Assembly: GCA_964651815.1 (NCBI GenBank)
Contig: CAZYWG010000001.1
Location: 1,189 to 65,188, forward strand
DNA length: 64,000 bases
DNA from: an uncultured Gammaproteobacteria bacterium
GTDB taxonomy: Bacteria > Patescibacteriota > Microgenomatia > Levybacterales > GWA1-39-11
Direction of reading: 5' to 3'
Part shown: positions 21,317 through 32,400 of the stretch, piece by piece
How positions within the stretch are numbered: position 1 is the stretch's first letter
Layout: each line of letters opens with the position of its first letter
Translations under genes and position numbers: made by a program
Notes under the pieces: model-generated
Told to the model about the DNA's origin: nothing
Database searches by the model: none
The model's input: the letters and a program-made list of their open reading frames with translations, nothing else

Positions 21317-22594
21317 CTATTTCTCTATAGTAAAAATTGGAAAAAGATCTAGGGAGTCGTGGGCTTCATGTAGTCTATATTCACTGTCGCTATACATCAT
21401 ATACAATTCATCATCGTGTCCAACCTTATCTCCCAATCTTTTGTATAAAAATAGTCCGGCGCGATGATCTTCAGGAGCGCCGAGAATCCTTGCAACTGTC
21501 GTAATATTTTTGCTGGAAATTTTTGTAACCTTACCCGTTAATAAAGTTTTCCTTACAAGTCGGTGTTTTCCAGGCAACATACCTTTTGACGTTACATTTT
21601 CATCTCCTCCTTGAGCCTTCACAATCTCCCTAAATTTGGTAAGAGCTTGACCACTTGTCAGTAAATCCTTTGCCCACGCCTTTGTGTCTTTATATTTTTT
21701 TTGGAATTCGTCTTTTATTTTTTGTGAAGAATCAACAAGACACAGCTCTAAAAGCTTGGCAGATGCGTCAATACTTAAATCTTCTAGTGCGAGTGGCCTA
21801 TCTTCAGTTTGCTCTAACACTTTTAGTGAGTCGCGTGCTTCAAGGAGAGGACCTACCCCATTTCCCGCAGGTTCTTCCATTCTGTGAATAATCGCTTCAA
21901 CTTTTATCCCAAAGCGGCCTCCGAGATATTCAAATTTTTTCTTAAGAACGGCAGCTTCTTCTTCTCTGTGAATTTTGACAGTTGTTCCATATGGCAAATC
22001 AATTACAACGTGCGTTGCTCCAAAAGCAACTTTTTTTGCCATGACCGACACAACTATTTTGTCATAGCTTTCAAATACAAGCGGCTCTTCAATTTTTATA
22101 ATATCGTCGTCAGCCGGTGCAATCTTAAAACTCCCACCCCAAACAATACATGCACCCACTTTTTTTACAATTTCATAAATTTCTTCTTTTGTGAAGGTTA
22201 CATTAGAAAGAACCTCCATGCAGTCTGCCGTTCCGGCTGGCGTTGTAATTGCACGTGAAGAACTCTTTGGGATTTTAAAACCGGCGGCAGCAATTATTGG
22301 GACGAGAATAAGTGTGACACGAGTTCCGGGAACTCCACCTATTGAATGTTTATCTGCGACTAGCCCTGAAAACTCAAGCTTTTCCCCAGTCTCAACCATT
22401 GCTTTTGTAAGGAAATATAATTCTTCATCAGAAAATCCTTCAGAATATCCGGATGCTACAAAATATGTGGTCAAAATATCGCCCAGCTTATCTTGCGATA
22501 TTTGATCCATAATCGCATATATCTCGCGATATGATAGCTTTTTTCCAACTAATTTTTTGCGTATTGCTTCAAGAGCTAAAGTTTTCTCATCCAT
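21317..22594 (-). CDS. AMP phosphorylase-type (archaeal DeoA-like) nucleoside-monophosphate phosphorylase
   Basis: DKHSIGGVPG, IPKSSSRAITTPAGTAD.MEVL, VWGG..IAPADD, SVMAKK. Confidence 0.82.
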   Translation of the reverse strand: MDEKTLALEAIRKKLVGKKLSYREIYAIMDQISQDKLGDILTTYFVASGYSEGFSDEELYFLTKAMVETGEKLEFSGLVADKHSIGGVPGTRVTLILVPIIAAAGFKIPKSSSRAITTPAGTADCMEVLSNVTFTKEEIYEIVKKVGACIVWGGSFKIAPADDDIIKIEEPLVFESYDKIVVSVMAKKVAFGATHVVIDLPYGTTVKIHREEEAAVLKKKFEYLGGRFGIKVEAIIHRMEEPAGNGVGPLLEARDSLKVLEQTEDRPLALEDLSIDASAKLLELCLVDSSQKIKDEFQKKYKDTKAWAKDLLTSGQALTKFREIVKAQGGDENVTSKGMLPGKHRLVRKTLLTGKVTKISSKNITTVARILGAPEDHRAGLFLYKRLGDKVGHDDELYMMYSDSEYRLHEAHDSLDLFPIFTIEK

Positions 22595-22701
22595 AGCTTA
22601 ATACAACCAATATATACCAATACTACCAATTTCCAATAATTTAATTTTCTCTCGATTGAAATATTTGTAGTATTTGTGGCATTGGTAGTATTTGTATTAT
22701 T

Positions 22702-22962
22702 TTATACTTCCTTTCCCAAAATCATCCTGAATGCGGATCCTACAACAGACTTTATAATTTTCATTGTCCAATAAAGTATTGCGCTAAAAACTTTGATAAT
22801 TGCAGGCTCTACTGCAGAAAAATAATATTTAATTCTTCCCCATGCGCTTTTTAGCTTATAATTTTTAATCTCATCTTCATTCATTCCAAAATCACTCGAA
22901 CTATTAGGTAGATCTTCTTGAACTGGTGTTAAATTATTATTTAAATTGCTTTGTTCTTCCAT
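22702..22962 (-). CDS. Small hypothetical protein, amphipathic C-terminus
   Basis: 86 aa ORF overlapping the end of the sortase gene on the same strand. Confidence 0.6.
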   Translation of the reverse strand: MEEQSNLNNNLTPVQEDLPNSSSDFGMNEDEIKNYKLKSAWGRIKYYFSAVEPAIIKVFSAILYWTMKIIKSVVGSAFRMILGKEV

Positions 22963-23711
22963 AAATACGTTGTCTTATCTGCAACCTGTTGCAAAGCCGC
23001 CCTTACAATAAGCCGTTTCCATATTGTACCTGGCGGCGTACAGGTAACTATTGTTATATATGAATTATCAAAACTCTGCGAAAGCATATTGGTGTCATCA
23101 GGAGAGGTAATAATAATTGAGAAGATTTTATATTTATAAGTTGCATCGGCAACTGTTGCATCAATTTCGTCGCCAATTTTAATTGTATGAAGAGTAGCAA
23201 AAATTGCTTTGTAATTATGCTGGTCAAACCAGGCGGGAATTGTTGAATGTCCAAAAATAACGGCCGTTCCTTTTTCTCCCGGGATAGAAGTACCAAGATA
23301 TTGAACCAGATGGTGATCCAGATCATAGTCGGTTGTTGAAACTCTCGCACTTTCTATTCCTAGTTTTGGAATAGATAAAAGATATGATGAAATTTTCACT
23401 TTTTTCTGAGAAGTTATATTTGTAGTAAGACTTGGGTACCAATTACGGGCGTCTGTGTAATCATGAGTTAAAGAATTTATTCCCTGCGTAAGCAAACTTC
23501 CAAACCCGGAGTCTCCTGAAATTACCATATATTTTGGGATAGGTGCCTCAATTCCAGCAGATGCGTATGCATTTCCTAAAAAAAGCTGGTATGAGATTAT
23601 AGGGAAGAAAAAATAAGCAAACATACCCATTCCTAAAATAATTAAAAAAAGTCCAAGCATTTTCTTGCGTTTAAATCCTAACGTTTTGCGTTTTATATAA
23701 TAGGTAGACAT
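22941..23711 (-). CDS. Sortase
   Basis: N-terminal TM; IPKLGI, FGHS, TIVTC(TPPG), R (His/Cys/Arg triad). Confidence 0.9.
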   Translation of the reverse strand: MSTYYIKRKTLGFKRKKMLGLFLIILGMGMFAYFFFPIISYQLFLGNAYASAGIEAPIPKYMVISGDSGFGSLLTQGINSLTHDYTDARNWYPSLTTNITSQKKVKISSYLLSIPKLGIESARVSTTDYDLDHHLVQYLGTSIPGEKGTAVIFGHSTIPAWFDQHNYKAIFATLHTIKIGDEIDATVADATYKYKIFSIIITSPDDTNMLSQSFDNSYITIVTCTPPGTIWKRLIVRAALQQVADKTTYLWKNKAI

Positions 23712-23715
23712 TGGT

Positions 23716-26013
23716 TTACTCTTTGACTTCTATATTTATATTTTTAGGGTTTAAGGGCAAGATGGCAGGGAGGAACGGAATTTTATTAGAAAATGAAATG
23801 TTCACGTCGGTTACGCCGGTTATACTCCTGATCTTATTTTGGGATGATTTTTCCGACTTTCCACCTAAACTCGCTGCAAGCTGACTAGGATCAATTTGTG
23901 GTACATAAACAGCATGGACTTTAAGAGTTGCCGTGGCGCTTGACCCGTCTTTAGAAATTTTTATATTATTTACGTCTGTTGTTGAATCGCCTTTGCGCAA
24001 AACGTAAGTGCCAGGTACTTGGCTCTTTGACAGATTTTCTACAAAGTTACTTAAATCCGATTTATTGTACTCCCCTATACTGTATTTAATAGTTGCAGAA
24101 ATCCCAACGCTTCCTGCTTGATCATTAACTTTTTTAGTATAACTTTTATCACTCACGTCTTGAGTTAAACTCTTTGGGAAAATTTCTGTATCAGTACTGG
24201 CTCCTGATTTTGCTTTTGACATAGCATCACTTTCAAGTGAAGAAATTACTTGAGCGAGCAAATCGTCGATATCTTTTTGTGAAACAACTGTAGAGGTTGT
24301 TTTTGTACCTCCGCTTATTGCGCTGCCATTTTTCCCTATGAAATCTGAAGAAGAAAAACCTTTGACAGTGAAATTAGAACCTGAGGGAAGATTGTATTCT
24401 TTGCCAAAATTTGACGCTTCTACTTTTCCGTCCGCAGAAGAAAGGGATGTTGCAAAAGAACTAGTGGATGCGATTTTTACGTCATTTAAAAGCTGGAATT
24501 CAAGATTATTTGGACCAACTAAAATTGTACCTTTTGAAAATGACTTATCACCCTCATTTTTATTATAAATTGTAATGGATCCTTTTGCGTGGTCTCCGGT
24601 ATCTTTTGTCCCTGAGGAATTTTTTGTTTCCGAACCATTTACTTCTTCGCTTGTAGCGCTGAGTTTTATAGCATTGTCCCCTGTTGGGTTTTGAGAAAAT
24701 GAAATATCCTGGGATTTATCAATAGCTTTTTTATCAGTGAAAATTACAACCGTTGCATGCAGCAAATAGTTAACGTATACAAACAGAAATAATACTATGA
24801 CAACAATAACTATGACCAAACCTGCTATTAATTTAGGACGTCCCGCTGACGTATTATTTAAAAATGGTAGACTTGGGAAAGAGAAACTTGGAATTTTCAA
24901 CTTTTTAAAGTTAATGCCGGAAAAAACGTTTCCTATATTTATGGGAAATTGCGATTTTGAAGTCGTTTGAAAATCGCCCTCTATCTCACTTTGGCCGGGG
25001 GTATCTCCCTCTTGAAAATAGGATATCTCGGGCTCCTCCTTCTTACCCCGCGGACTTTTGGCTGAAATGGCGGCTTTGACACTTTCTGTTTCATTTAAAA
25101 TATCTTCACTACTTTCTTCCGGCAACTTTTCTAAATTTTCTAGTTTTTTGGCTTTTTCAATTGCAACGTCTGAATCTTTTGCAAAACCAAATTCCTGAGC
25201 ACTTGCTTCTTCCAGTACATCTTCCGGAACTACTTCTTCCTCAACAGTTTTAACGTTTGCCAAAACCTCTAGCTCCATTTGTGATGCTACTCCGTTGATC
25301 GTTGCTTCATTTTCAAAACCTTTTTCAAGCGTTACGACTTGTGGAACATGAAGAAAAGGGATATCCCTTGGCCATTTGTGTGACAAGAATTGCTGCTGAA
25401 TTGATTCTCCGCCATCATAATCTGCCAAAATTATTTTTGATGGAAGAACATCTACGCTTTCAAGCTTTTTTAACAAAGTTTCAGAAGACGTCATAATATT
25501 ATCCGAAACTGACTCGTTTGCCATCTCCAAAATTTTTCCTCCTCTGACCAAATACGCATACATATGTCTTTTTGCAATTTCAAGAAATATTGCCGATACA
25601 GGGGCTCCTTCATTTTTTTCAATAAAGTGGACAATTGCTTCAATTGATGTGAGAAAGCCAACGGGGACAAGCCCTAAATCCTGGCAAACTTTTTTTAGAT
25701 TATCCAAATATTGTTTTTGGATTTTTCCATCCACTACCCAGTCGTATGGAACAGAAAAAATAGTTTTTTCTACTGTTCCGTCTGCTGGAAGGCTCGTTTC
25801 AACAAAGCTAATTGCGCGGTCACTGGCATGAAGCAAATCCTCTGCTGATAAGTCATCTGTATCTTTTGATGTTTCAACTTCGTGACTTGCGAGAATAAAA
25901 AGTTTGTCGTTTATTTCTTCAAATAAAATCGCTCCAACTTTATAGGGTTTGAAAAGGAGTGCAAGAAAAAAATTCTTCTTCTCCTCACTTTTTTTTAGGA
26001 AAGGCAGTTGCAT
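23716..26013 (-). CDS. Large bitopic protein: FtsA/PilM-like N-domain, acidic linker, TM, baseplate-J-like external region
   Basis: TIFSVPYDWV..GKI, EAIVHF; TM near residues 395-415; GTKDTGDHAKGSITIYN..F.KGT.L..FQL..V, G.EYNLP, ISGG. Confidence 0.55.
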   Translation of the reverse strand: MQLPFLKKSEEKKNFFLALLFKPYKVGAILFEEINDKLFILASHEVETSKDTDDLSAEDLLHASDRAISFVETSLPADGTVEKTIFSVPYDWVVDGKIQKQYLDNLKKVCQDLGLVPVGFLTSIEAIVHFIEKNEGAPVSAIFLEIAKRHMYAYLVRGGKILEMANESVSDNIMTSSETLLKKLESVDVLPSKIILADYDGGESIQQQFLSHKWPRDIPFLHVPQVVTLEKGFENEATINGVASQMELEVLANVKTVEEEVVPEDVLEEASAQEFGFAKDSDVAIEKAKKLENLEKLPEESSEDILNETESVKAAISAKSPRGKKEEPEISYFQEGDTPGQSEIEGDFQTTSKSQFPINIGNVFSGINFKKLKIPSFSFPSLPFLNNTSAGRPKLIAGLVIVIVVIVLFLFVYVNYLLHATVVIFTDKKAIDKSQDISFSQNPTGDNAIKLSATSEEVNGSETKNSSGTKDTGDHAKGSITIYNKNEGDKSFSKGTILVGPNNLEFQLLNDVKIASTSSFATSLSSADGKVEASNFGKEYNLPSGSNFTVKGFSSSDFIGKNGSAISGGTKTTSTVVSQKDIDDLLAQVISSLESDAMSKAKSGASTDTEIFPKSLTQDVSDKSYTKKVNDQAGSVGISATIKYSIGEYNKSDLSNFVENLSKSQVPGTYVLRKGDSTTDVNNIKISKDGSSATATLKVHAVYVPQIDPSQLAASLGGKSEKSSQNKIRSITGVTDVNISFSNKIPFLPAILPLNPKNINIEVKE

Positions 26014-26031
26014 ATTTAGTTTAGGGCGGCC

Positions 26032-27852
26032 TTATTCAACAACAGCATAAATTCGCCTGTTGGATTTTCCAAGGCTTTCCTCTTTTATTATTTTAAACTT
26101 TTTAATCTCACCTGTAAAATTAACATGAGGACCGCCACAAAATTCGGCTGAGTACGGTTTATCCGACGACCGGTTTGAAAAAGGACCAATAAAATATATC
26201 TTCACATCTTTTTGATATTTTCCATCAAACAACCCTATTGCGCCAATTTCTTTTGCTTTTTGAAGTGGCATTATTTCAAAATGCACGGGAAGATTATCTT
26301 TAATTTTCTCATTGACTATTTCTTCGACCCGTTTTACTTCTTCTTCCGTAAGTTTTCTATCAAAATTAAAGTCGAATCTAACTCTTTCCGTTGTAATATT
26401 TGAACCGGTTTGATGAACTTGGTCTCCCAAAACATCTCGAATTGCCTGATGCATTAAGTGAGTTGCCGTATGTCCTTTAATTGTTTGTTCCTGATGATCT
26501 GCTAGACCACCCGCGAATTTTTGTTGTGCTCCTGCACGCGACAAATTTTGGTGCTCTTCCATTTTTTCCGCAAATTTCTGATTATCAAACTCATAGCCAA
26601 GACTTTTAATTTGCGTTGGAGATAAACCATGACTAGTATATAAAGCAAATGCATCGTCTGCCGTTATTTCAGTTATACCCATCAACTCGTCCCCTACTTT
26701 TTTATACTTTTTACCGATGAATTTCTTTGCCTCAGAAAGTGTATTTTTATACTTCTGCTCTTCCTCAAGAATTACATTTTTAATAGTTTCGAATTGTTCG
26801 ATTAGATATTTATCTGTTTCACTGTAACTATCAACAATAGTCTCAATTACCGGAACGATTGTACTTCCATTTAGGCTTTCGAAGTTATCAAATGCACGCC
26901 GTAAAAGTCTTCTCAAAATATATCCTTGTTCTTTATTTGACGGACGGACATTGTTAGCGGTTAAAAAGATTGATGCAACTAAATGATCTGAAATAATCCT
27001 TACTTCTCTTTGATTAGAAGCATATTTTTTGGAGATTACATTTTCCAGGCTTTCAACAACCGAATTAAACAACGATGTTTTAAAAACATCTTGCTTATTT
27101 TCGGTCGCCATTATCAATCTTTCTAGTCCACCTCCAAAGTCAACATTTTTTTGTGATAATTCTTCAAACCCCTCGCCAGTTTTTTTGTATTGCATAAAGA
27201 CAGAATTACATATTTCTATATATCTTCCGCAATCACAATTAATATGACATTTCGGGCCGAATTTAGAATCGTGATCTGTTTCAAAATCGTAAAAAATTTC
27301 AGTATCTGGACCACCCGGTTCACCCACTGGCATTTTATCAGGTATGCCCGAACGGGACCACCAATTTTTTTCAACTCCATAAAAAAATATTCTTTCGTCC
27401 GGGTTTAAGCCTTCTTTTTTAAATAAACCTCGCCAAATCTCTTCGGATTCCGAATCTTTAGAAATATTCCCAAATCCTTCAAAAACCGTGACATACAATT
27501 TAGCAGGATCAATAGCCAACTCGCGGATTAAGAATTCAAAAACCCATGGAATTTGCTCGTTTTTAAAATAATCGCCGAGAGACCAATTTCCAAGCATTCT
27601 AAAAAATGTTGTATGACGCATATCTCCAACCTCATCTATGTCTTGCGCTCGAAAACAATTTTGAACATTAACTAACCGATTCCCTTGGGGATGTTTCTCC
27701 CCCAATAGATACGGGACCAAGGGCTGCATACCTGACGATGTGAATAAAGTGGTGGGATCATTTTCAGGAACTAGTGAAGAATTTGCGATTTGAAAATGAT
27801 CTCTTTTTTTAAAGAATTCTATATATTTCTGAATTATTTCTTGCGCTTTCAT
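26032..27852 (-). CDS. alaS: Alanine--tRNA ligase (short form lacking C-Ala)
   Basis: LFTSSGMQP, HTTFFRMLGNWSLGDYFK, HTATHL, EFCGGPH; 606 aa. Confidence 0.96.
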   Translation of the reverse strand: MKAQEIIQKYIEFFKKRDHFQIANSSLVPENDPTTLFTSSGMQPLVPYLLGEKHPQGNRLVNVQNCFRAQDIDEVGDMRHTTFFRMLGNWSLGDYFKNEQIPWVFEFLIRELAIDPAKLYVTVFEGFGNISKDSESEEIWRGLFKKEGLNPDERIFFYGVEKNWWSRSGIPDKMPVGEPGGPDTEIFYDFETDHDSKFGPKCHINCDCGRYIEICNSVFMQYKKTGEGFEELSQKNVDFGGGLERLIMATENKQDVFKTSLFNSVVESLENVISKKYASNQREVRIISDHLVASIFLTANNVRPSNKEQGYILRRLLRRAFDNFESLNGSTIVPVIETIVDSYSETDKYLIEQFETIKNVILEEEQKYKNTLSEAKKFIGKKYKKVGDELMGITEITADDAFALYTSHGLSPTQIKSLGYEFDNQKFAEKMEEHQNLSRAGAQQKFAGGLADHQEQTIKGHTATHLMHQAIRDVLGDQVHQTGSNITTERVRFDFNFDRKLTEEEVKRVEEIVNEKIKDNLPVHFEIMPLQKAKEIGAIGLFDGKYQKDVKIYFIGPFSNRSSDKPYSAEFCGGPHVNFTGEIKKFKIIKEESLGKSNRRIYAVVE

Positions 27853-27886
27853 AGAGATTTATTATAGCATGAATAGTTATAAGCGA

Positions 27887-27915
27887 TTGACAATTTAGCC
27901 TCGTTACCGTAAAAT
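27887..27915 (+). promoter_or_regulatory. sigma70 promoter of RND operon
   Basis: TTGACA-17-TAAAAT. Confidence 0.65.
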
Positions 27916-27984
27916 CATAAAGTTGCTTTTGTATTCCGCAAGGAACTGCCATAACTGCCCCCCAAGTAACTCCACTTTATTGTC

Positions 27985-29493
27985 ATGGCAAACACAAGAA
28001 AAAAAAATATTGGATCAACTGTTACTTCTCGTGTTTCGAGTTTCTACTCGCAAACTTCAAGCAGAATAAAAGACCTGAATACTCGACAAAGAAGCAAAGT
28101 AATATGGCGGAAAACAACCGTGTTTGTCCAAAAAAGACCGATGGCAAGTTTTTTCATCGCGCTTTTTATTCTCTTCTTGGCAATAGTTCTCAACTCTGTA
28201 ATTTCCCCAAAACCCAAAGAAACTACAACTCTTCCACCTGTAAAAGAGGTCACAGTTTATAAGGTGGGGGTTGCACCAAGAGTAAGTATATCGGCAAAAG
28301 TTAAAAAAGCAGGTGTAATTCAAATTGTGGCACAAACCCCAGGTATTGTTTCCGCCATCAATGTGGTTGAGGGACAAACTGTCACACGCGGAACCAATCT
28401 TTTAAGTCTTGCCAATAACTACCAGGGTGGTAACGCGTTTTCAGTCCAGCGGCAAATTGCTGCAGATCAATACCAAAATGTGCAGGATACTTATGATGCC
28501 CAAAAAGACTCTATTGGAAAGCAAATGCAAATTGCCGATGCAAATAAAAATAATTCCGACATGATGCGCAGCCTTATTAACCAATCTATTTCCGACACTC
28601 AAGGTTTAATAGATTTTAATGACAATATTTTATCAACTCTCAATGCAAATCTTAAAAATCTTGAAGACTCAAATAACAATGGCTCAAATGATTCGGCGAT
28701 TCTTGCTCTCAAAGGTCAAATAGCACAGGTTGGTGCGGCGGTGGCTCAATTGAATATTTCAAACCGCCAAGCTCGTTTTCAATCGGATACAGCAAATCCT
28801 CCAACTCAACTAGCTGACTTTCAACACGACTTGGCAGTCAGGCAATTTCAAATTCAGCAAAAAATGCTTGATCTAGGAAGGGAAACAAGTCGGCTGGGAC
28901 TTGCCCTCGCGCAAATAAATGAAGCCACTATGTATCCTTCTGCCCCTTTTGATGGGGTTATTGAACGCGTGCATGCAGTTGTGGGACAATCAGTGGCACC
29001 TGGGACACCCCTTGTTACAATTTCCGGAACAAACAAGAAAACAACTGTTATTGCATATGTCCCTCGGGATATCGCCGAAAAAGTTTCAAAGATTGAATCA
29101 AGCAGGATTTATGTTGGCAAAAAAGTTTATGAAGCACTCCCGGATTATGTTTCAACAGAAGCAACAGACGGTTTACTTAACGTAATTATTTACACATTAC
29201 CCGATGACGCTACTTCTCTCCTGACAGATAGTTCTTATATAAGAATAGAAGTCCCCGTTGGGTACGCAGATACCATGTCTACTATTCCTCAGATTCCAAT
29301 AGATAATGTTTTTCAGACGCAAGATGGTGCTTTTACTTATGTCACAGAAAATGGGAAAGCGGTCGCAAGAAGAATTGAGCTAGGGGACGTCCTTGGAAGT
29401 TTTGTGACTGTAGAAAAAGGGCTCAAGGCGGGTGATCACGTTATTCTCGATAGAAATATTGTAGCAGGTGATCAAATCCACGTTAATAACTAA
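27985..29493 (+). CDS. RND efflux adaptor (membrane fusion protein)
   Basis: TM, lipoyl halves (GIVSAINVVEGQTV; APFDGVI), long coiled coil, VEKGLKAGD. Confidence 0.85.
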   Translation: MANTRKKNIGSTVTSRVSSFYSQTSSRIKDLNTRQRSKVIWRKTTVFVQKRPMASFFIALFILFLAIVLNSVISPKPKETTTLPPVKEVTVYKVGVAPRVSISAKVKKAGVIQIVAQTPGIVSAINVVEGQTVTRGTNLLSLANNYQGGNAFSVQRQIAADQYQNVQDTYDAQKDSIGKQMQIADANKNNSDMMRSLINQSISDTQGLIDFNDNILSTLNANLKNLEDSNNNGSNDSAILALKGQIAQVGAAVAQLNISNRQARFQSDTANPPTQLADFQHDLAVRQFQIQQKMLDLGRETSRLGLALAQINEATMYPSAPFDGVIERVHAVVGQSVAPGTPLVTISGTNKKTTVIAYVPRDIAEKVSKIESSRIYVGKKVYEALPDYVSTEATDGLLNVIIYTLPDDATSLLTDSSYIRIEVPVGYADTMSTIPQIPIDNVFQTQDGAFTYVTENGKAVARRIELGDVLGSFVTVEKGLKAGDHVILDRNIVAGDQIHVNN

Positions 29494-29496
29494 ACT

Positions 29497-32400
29497 ATGG
29501 CAGCACAAGACAGGACCGGACTTTTCAGGTTTCTAAAATTTGATCCCAACTTAAGGAAAAGTCTTTTTGCCAAGTACCTTGCAAATCCAAGACTCGTCAT
29601 TCTTCTTCTTTTTTCCGTGATACTTATTGGAGCATATTCTTATGCATCACTCCCGCGCGAGCTTAATCCAACAATTAACATTCCAATTGTCTTGGTGAGT
29701 ACTGTTCTGCCCGGAGCCTCTCCAGCCGACGTTGAGTCCCTTGTCACCGTCCCAATAGAAGATTCTATTAATAGTCTTGAAAAAGTTAAGACCGTAAGTT
29801 CTACTTCTCAAGACAATGTCTCGATTGTGACCGTTGAGTTCCAGTCAGGTACCGACCCTGATAAAGCAAAGAATGACGTTAAATCCGCTGTTGATGGTGT
29901 AAGTACTCTCCCAACAGATGCTCTAGCGCCACAGGTTTTAAAACTGGATTTTCAAAATGCTCCAGTCTGGACGTTTGTCTTGACAACAAGTGCTGACGAT
30001 GGGAGCTTGTTTAAATTTGCAAAAAACTTGCAGAAAAAAGTTGAGGATCTTCCAGAAATTGATAAAGTTGATATTGCGGGACTTGAAGACACGGAAGTAC
30101 AAATAACAATAAATCCGGAGTCATACGCTGCATACAATGTAAATCCCATCCAACTCTCAAGTATAATTACTTCGTCGCTTAAAAGTTTTCCCGCAGGTTC
30201 AGTCAGAACAGAAAATAGCACATTCTCCCTAACCATTGATCCGCAAGCAACAACAGTTGACGATCTAAGAAATCTACAAATAGCGCTCCCTGGTCCTGCT
30301 GCACAAACCGTAGCTCTCTCAGATATTGCGACAATTGTAGACCGGCCAAAACCTTCACAAGGACAATCATTCATTGCTTACCCTCATGGAAAAGTTGGCC
30401 GCGCCGTAACTTTTGCAGTTCACAAGACGAGTGCAACAAATATTAACACAGCAGTTACTTCTGCCAAACGCCTTGTTGATTCTGAAGTGAAAAATACTTC
30501 AGGCGTCTTTCGCGCGGTGACACTCATTAACACGCAGGATGAAATAGATAAACAATTTCGTGATTTGACAAGGGATTTCTTAATTACAGTTATTCTTGTT
30601 GTCCTAGTGCTCTTCATATTCTTGGGTCCACGTCAAGCACTTGTCTCGTCCCTTTCCGCTCCGTTGAGTTTTTTAATTACTTTTATAGTAATGAAGCAAT
30701 CCGGAATTACTCTTAACTTCCTGTCGCTCTTTTCCCTAATTTTATCACTGGGACTTTTGGTAGATGATACTGTCGTTGTAATCTCTGCTGTCAGCGCGTA
30801 TCACAAGACGAATCGGTTCAGTCCTTACGAGACCGGACTTTTAGTGTGGCGTGACTTTTTAACTCCTGTATTTACAACAACCGTTACAACAGTGTGGGCA
30901 TTTCTTCCTCTGTTATTGTCAACCGGAATAATTGGAGAATTTATAAAATCAATTCCAATAGTTGTCTCCACTGCTTTAGCTGGGTCTTTTATAGTAGCCA
31001 TGTTTATAACACTACCGCTCACGGTAATATTTCTTCGTCCTCAGATTCCAGAGCGTGTTACAAAATTAATCAAAATTCTCGCTGCGATTATTCTTGTTGC
31101 AATTCTTTGGTCGGTTATTCCAAAAGGGAAACTTTTTATTGTAGAAATTATCGCACTAATCGTATTTATTTTTGTGATCTACTCACTTCGTAGCTATAGA
31201 ACAGTCATAAAACAAAGGGTTGCGGAATATTTTGTCCCTAAAAATCATCGACAAGTGAGTTTTAGAACAAAAATAATTCGGAATATTTTCGGGCGAGATT
31301 ATAGCGAGGGTGTTATCAGTTTTGACAAAATAAATGCTGCCTATAAACAAACTATTGAAAAGATTTTATCATCAGGGCACAACCGCAGAATGGTTATTAC
31401 AATGGTTATAATATTTTCGTTATTTTCATTTTTGCTTTTACCATTGGGTCTTGTAAAAAACGAATTTTTCCCAAAGACTGACCAAAACATTGTGTATCTA
31501 ACTCTCGAGCTTCCTGCAGGTACACAAATCGGGGATACAAAAAAAGAAGCACTAAAAGTTCTTACCGATCTTAAAAATACAAACGGGATCAAGTTTGCGA
31601 GTCTTGACCTAGGACAATCAATTGGCAATAACGGCGGGACGCAAGGGGCTGGGGACAACAATGCGCTTTTTAGCCTAAATCTTCTTGATGCCGGCAAAAG
31701 GCGCGAGTCAACAGAAATTGCGGATTCACTTAGGACCAAATTTGCTAATTATCAAAAAGGTAGACTTAACGTAGTGGAAGAGTCAGGAGGACCGCCGGCA
31801 GGTGCAGACCTTCAGATAAAATTGCTCGGGGATGACCTCTCCATTTTAGGAAAAAAAGCAGATGAGGTTGCTGCATACCTGGAAAAGCAACCCGGCGTAA
31901 CTAACGTTGATAAATCAGTTAAAAGCGGAACTAGTAAATTGGCTTTTGTCCCGGATAAGTCCCTTCTTGCTCAGCAAAATATTGGGTATGACCAGCTTGG
32001 ACTTTGGCTTAGACTTTACGCCTCCGGATTTAAGGTAGCCTCACACAAGTTCCCGGGGGACAATAAAGACCGGGATGTCACATTAAGACTTTATCCCGAA
32101 TCCGCATTTGCAAATAGACTTGACCAAGTGATATTACCGCTTCAGGCTGGTGGAAATATCCCATTGTCATCTCTTGGTAAGTTAAATCTCGAGGAAAACC
32201 CAACAATCATTACACGCGAGGATGGAAAAAGGACAATCTCGGTAACCGCAGCTGTAAAGAGAGGATTTAATGTTCAGGATAAAAATAAGTCGCTTGAGTC
32301 CTTTGCAAATACTAAGCTTGCGCTGCCCGAGGGATATTCATGGAAAACGGGTGGAGTAAATGAAGAAAACGCAAATTCTGTTCAATCAATTTTAAGTGCC

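Noticed and set aside
23716-26013. Contractile injection system or prophage based on the baseplate-J-like region
   Set aside because: No sheath, tube or spike genes nearby; the protein is a membrane protein in a housekeeping context
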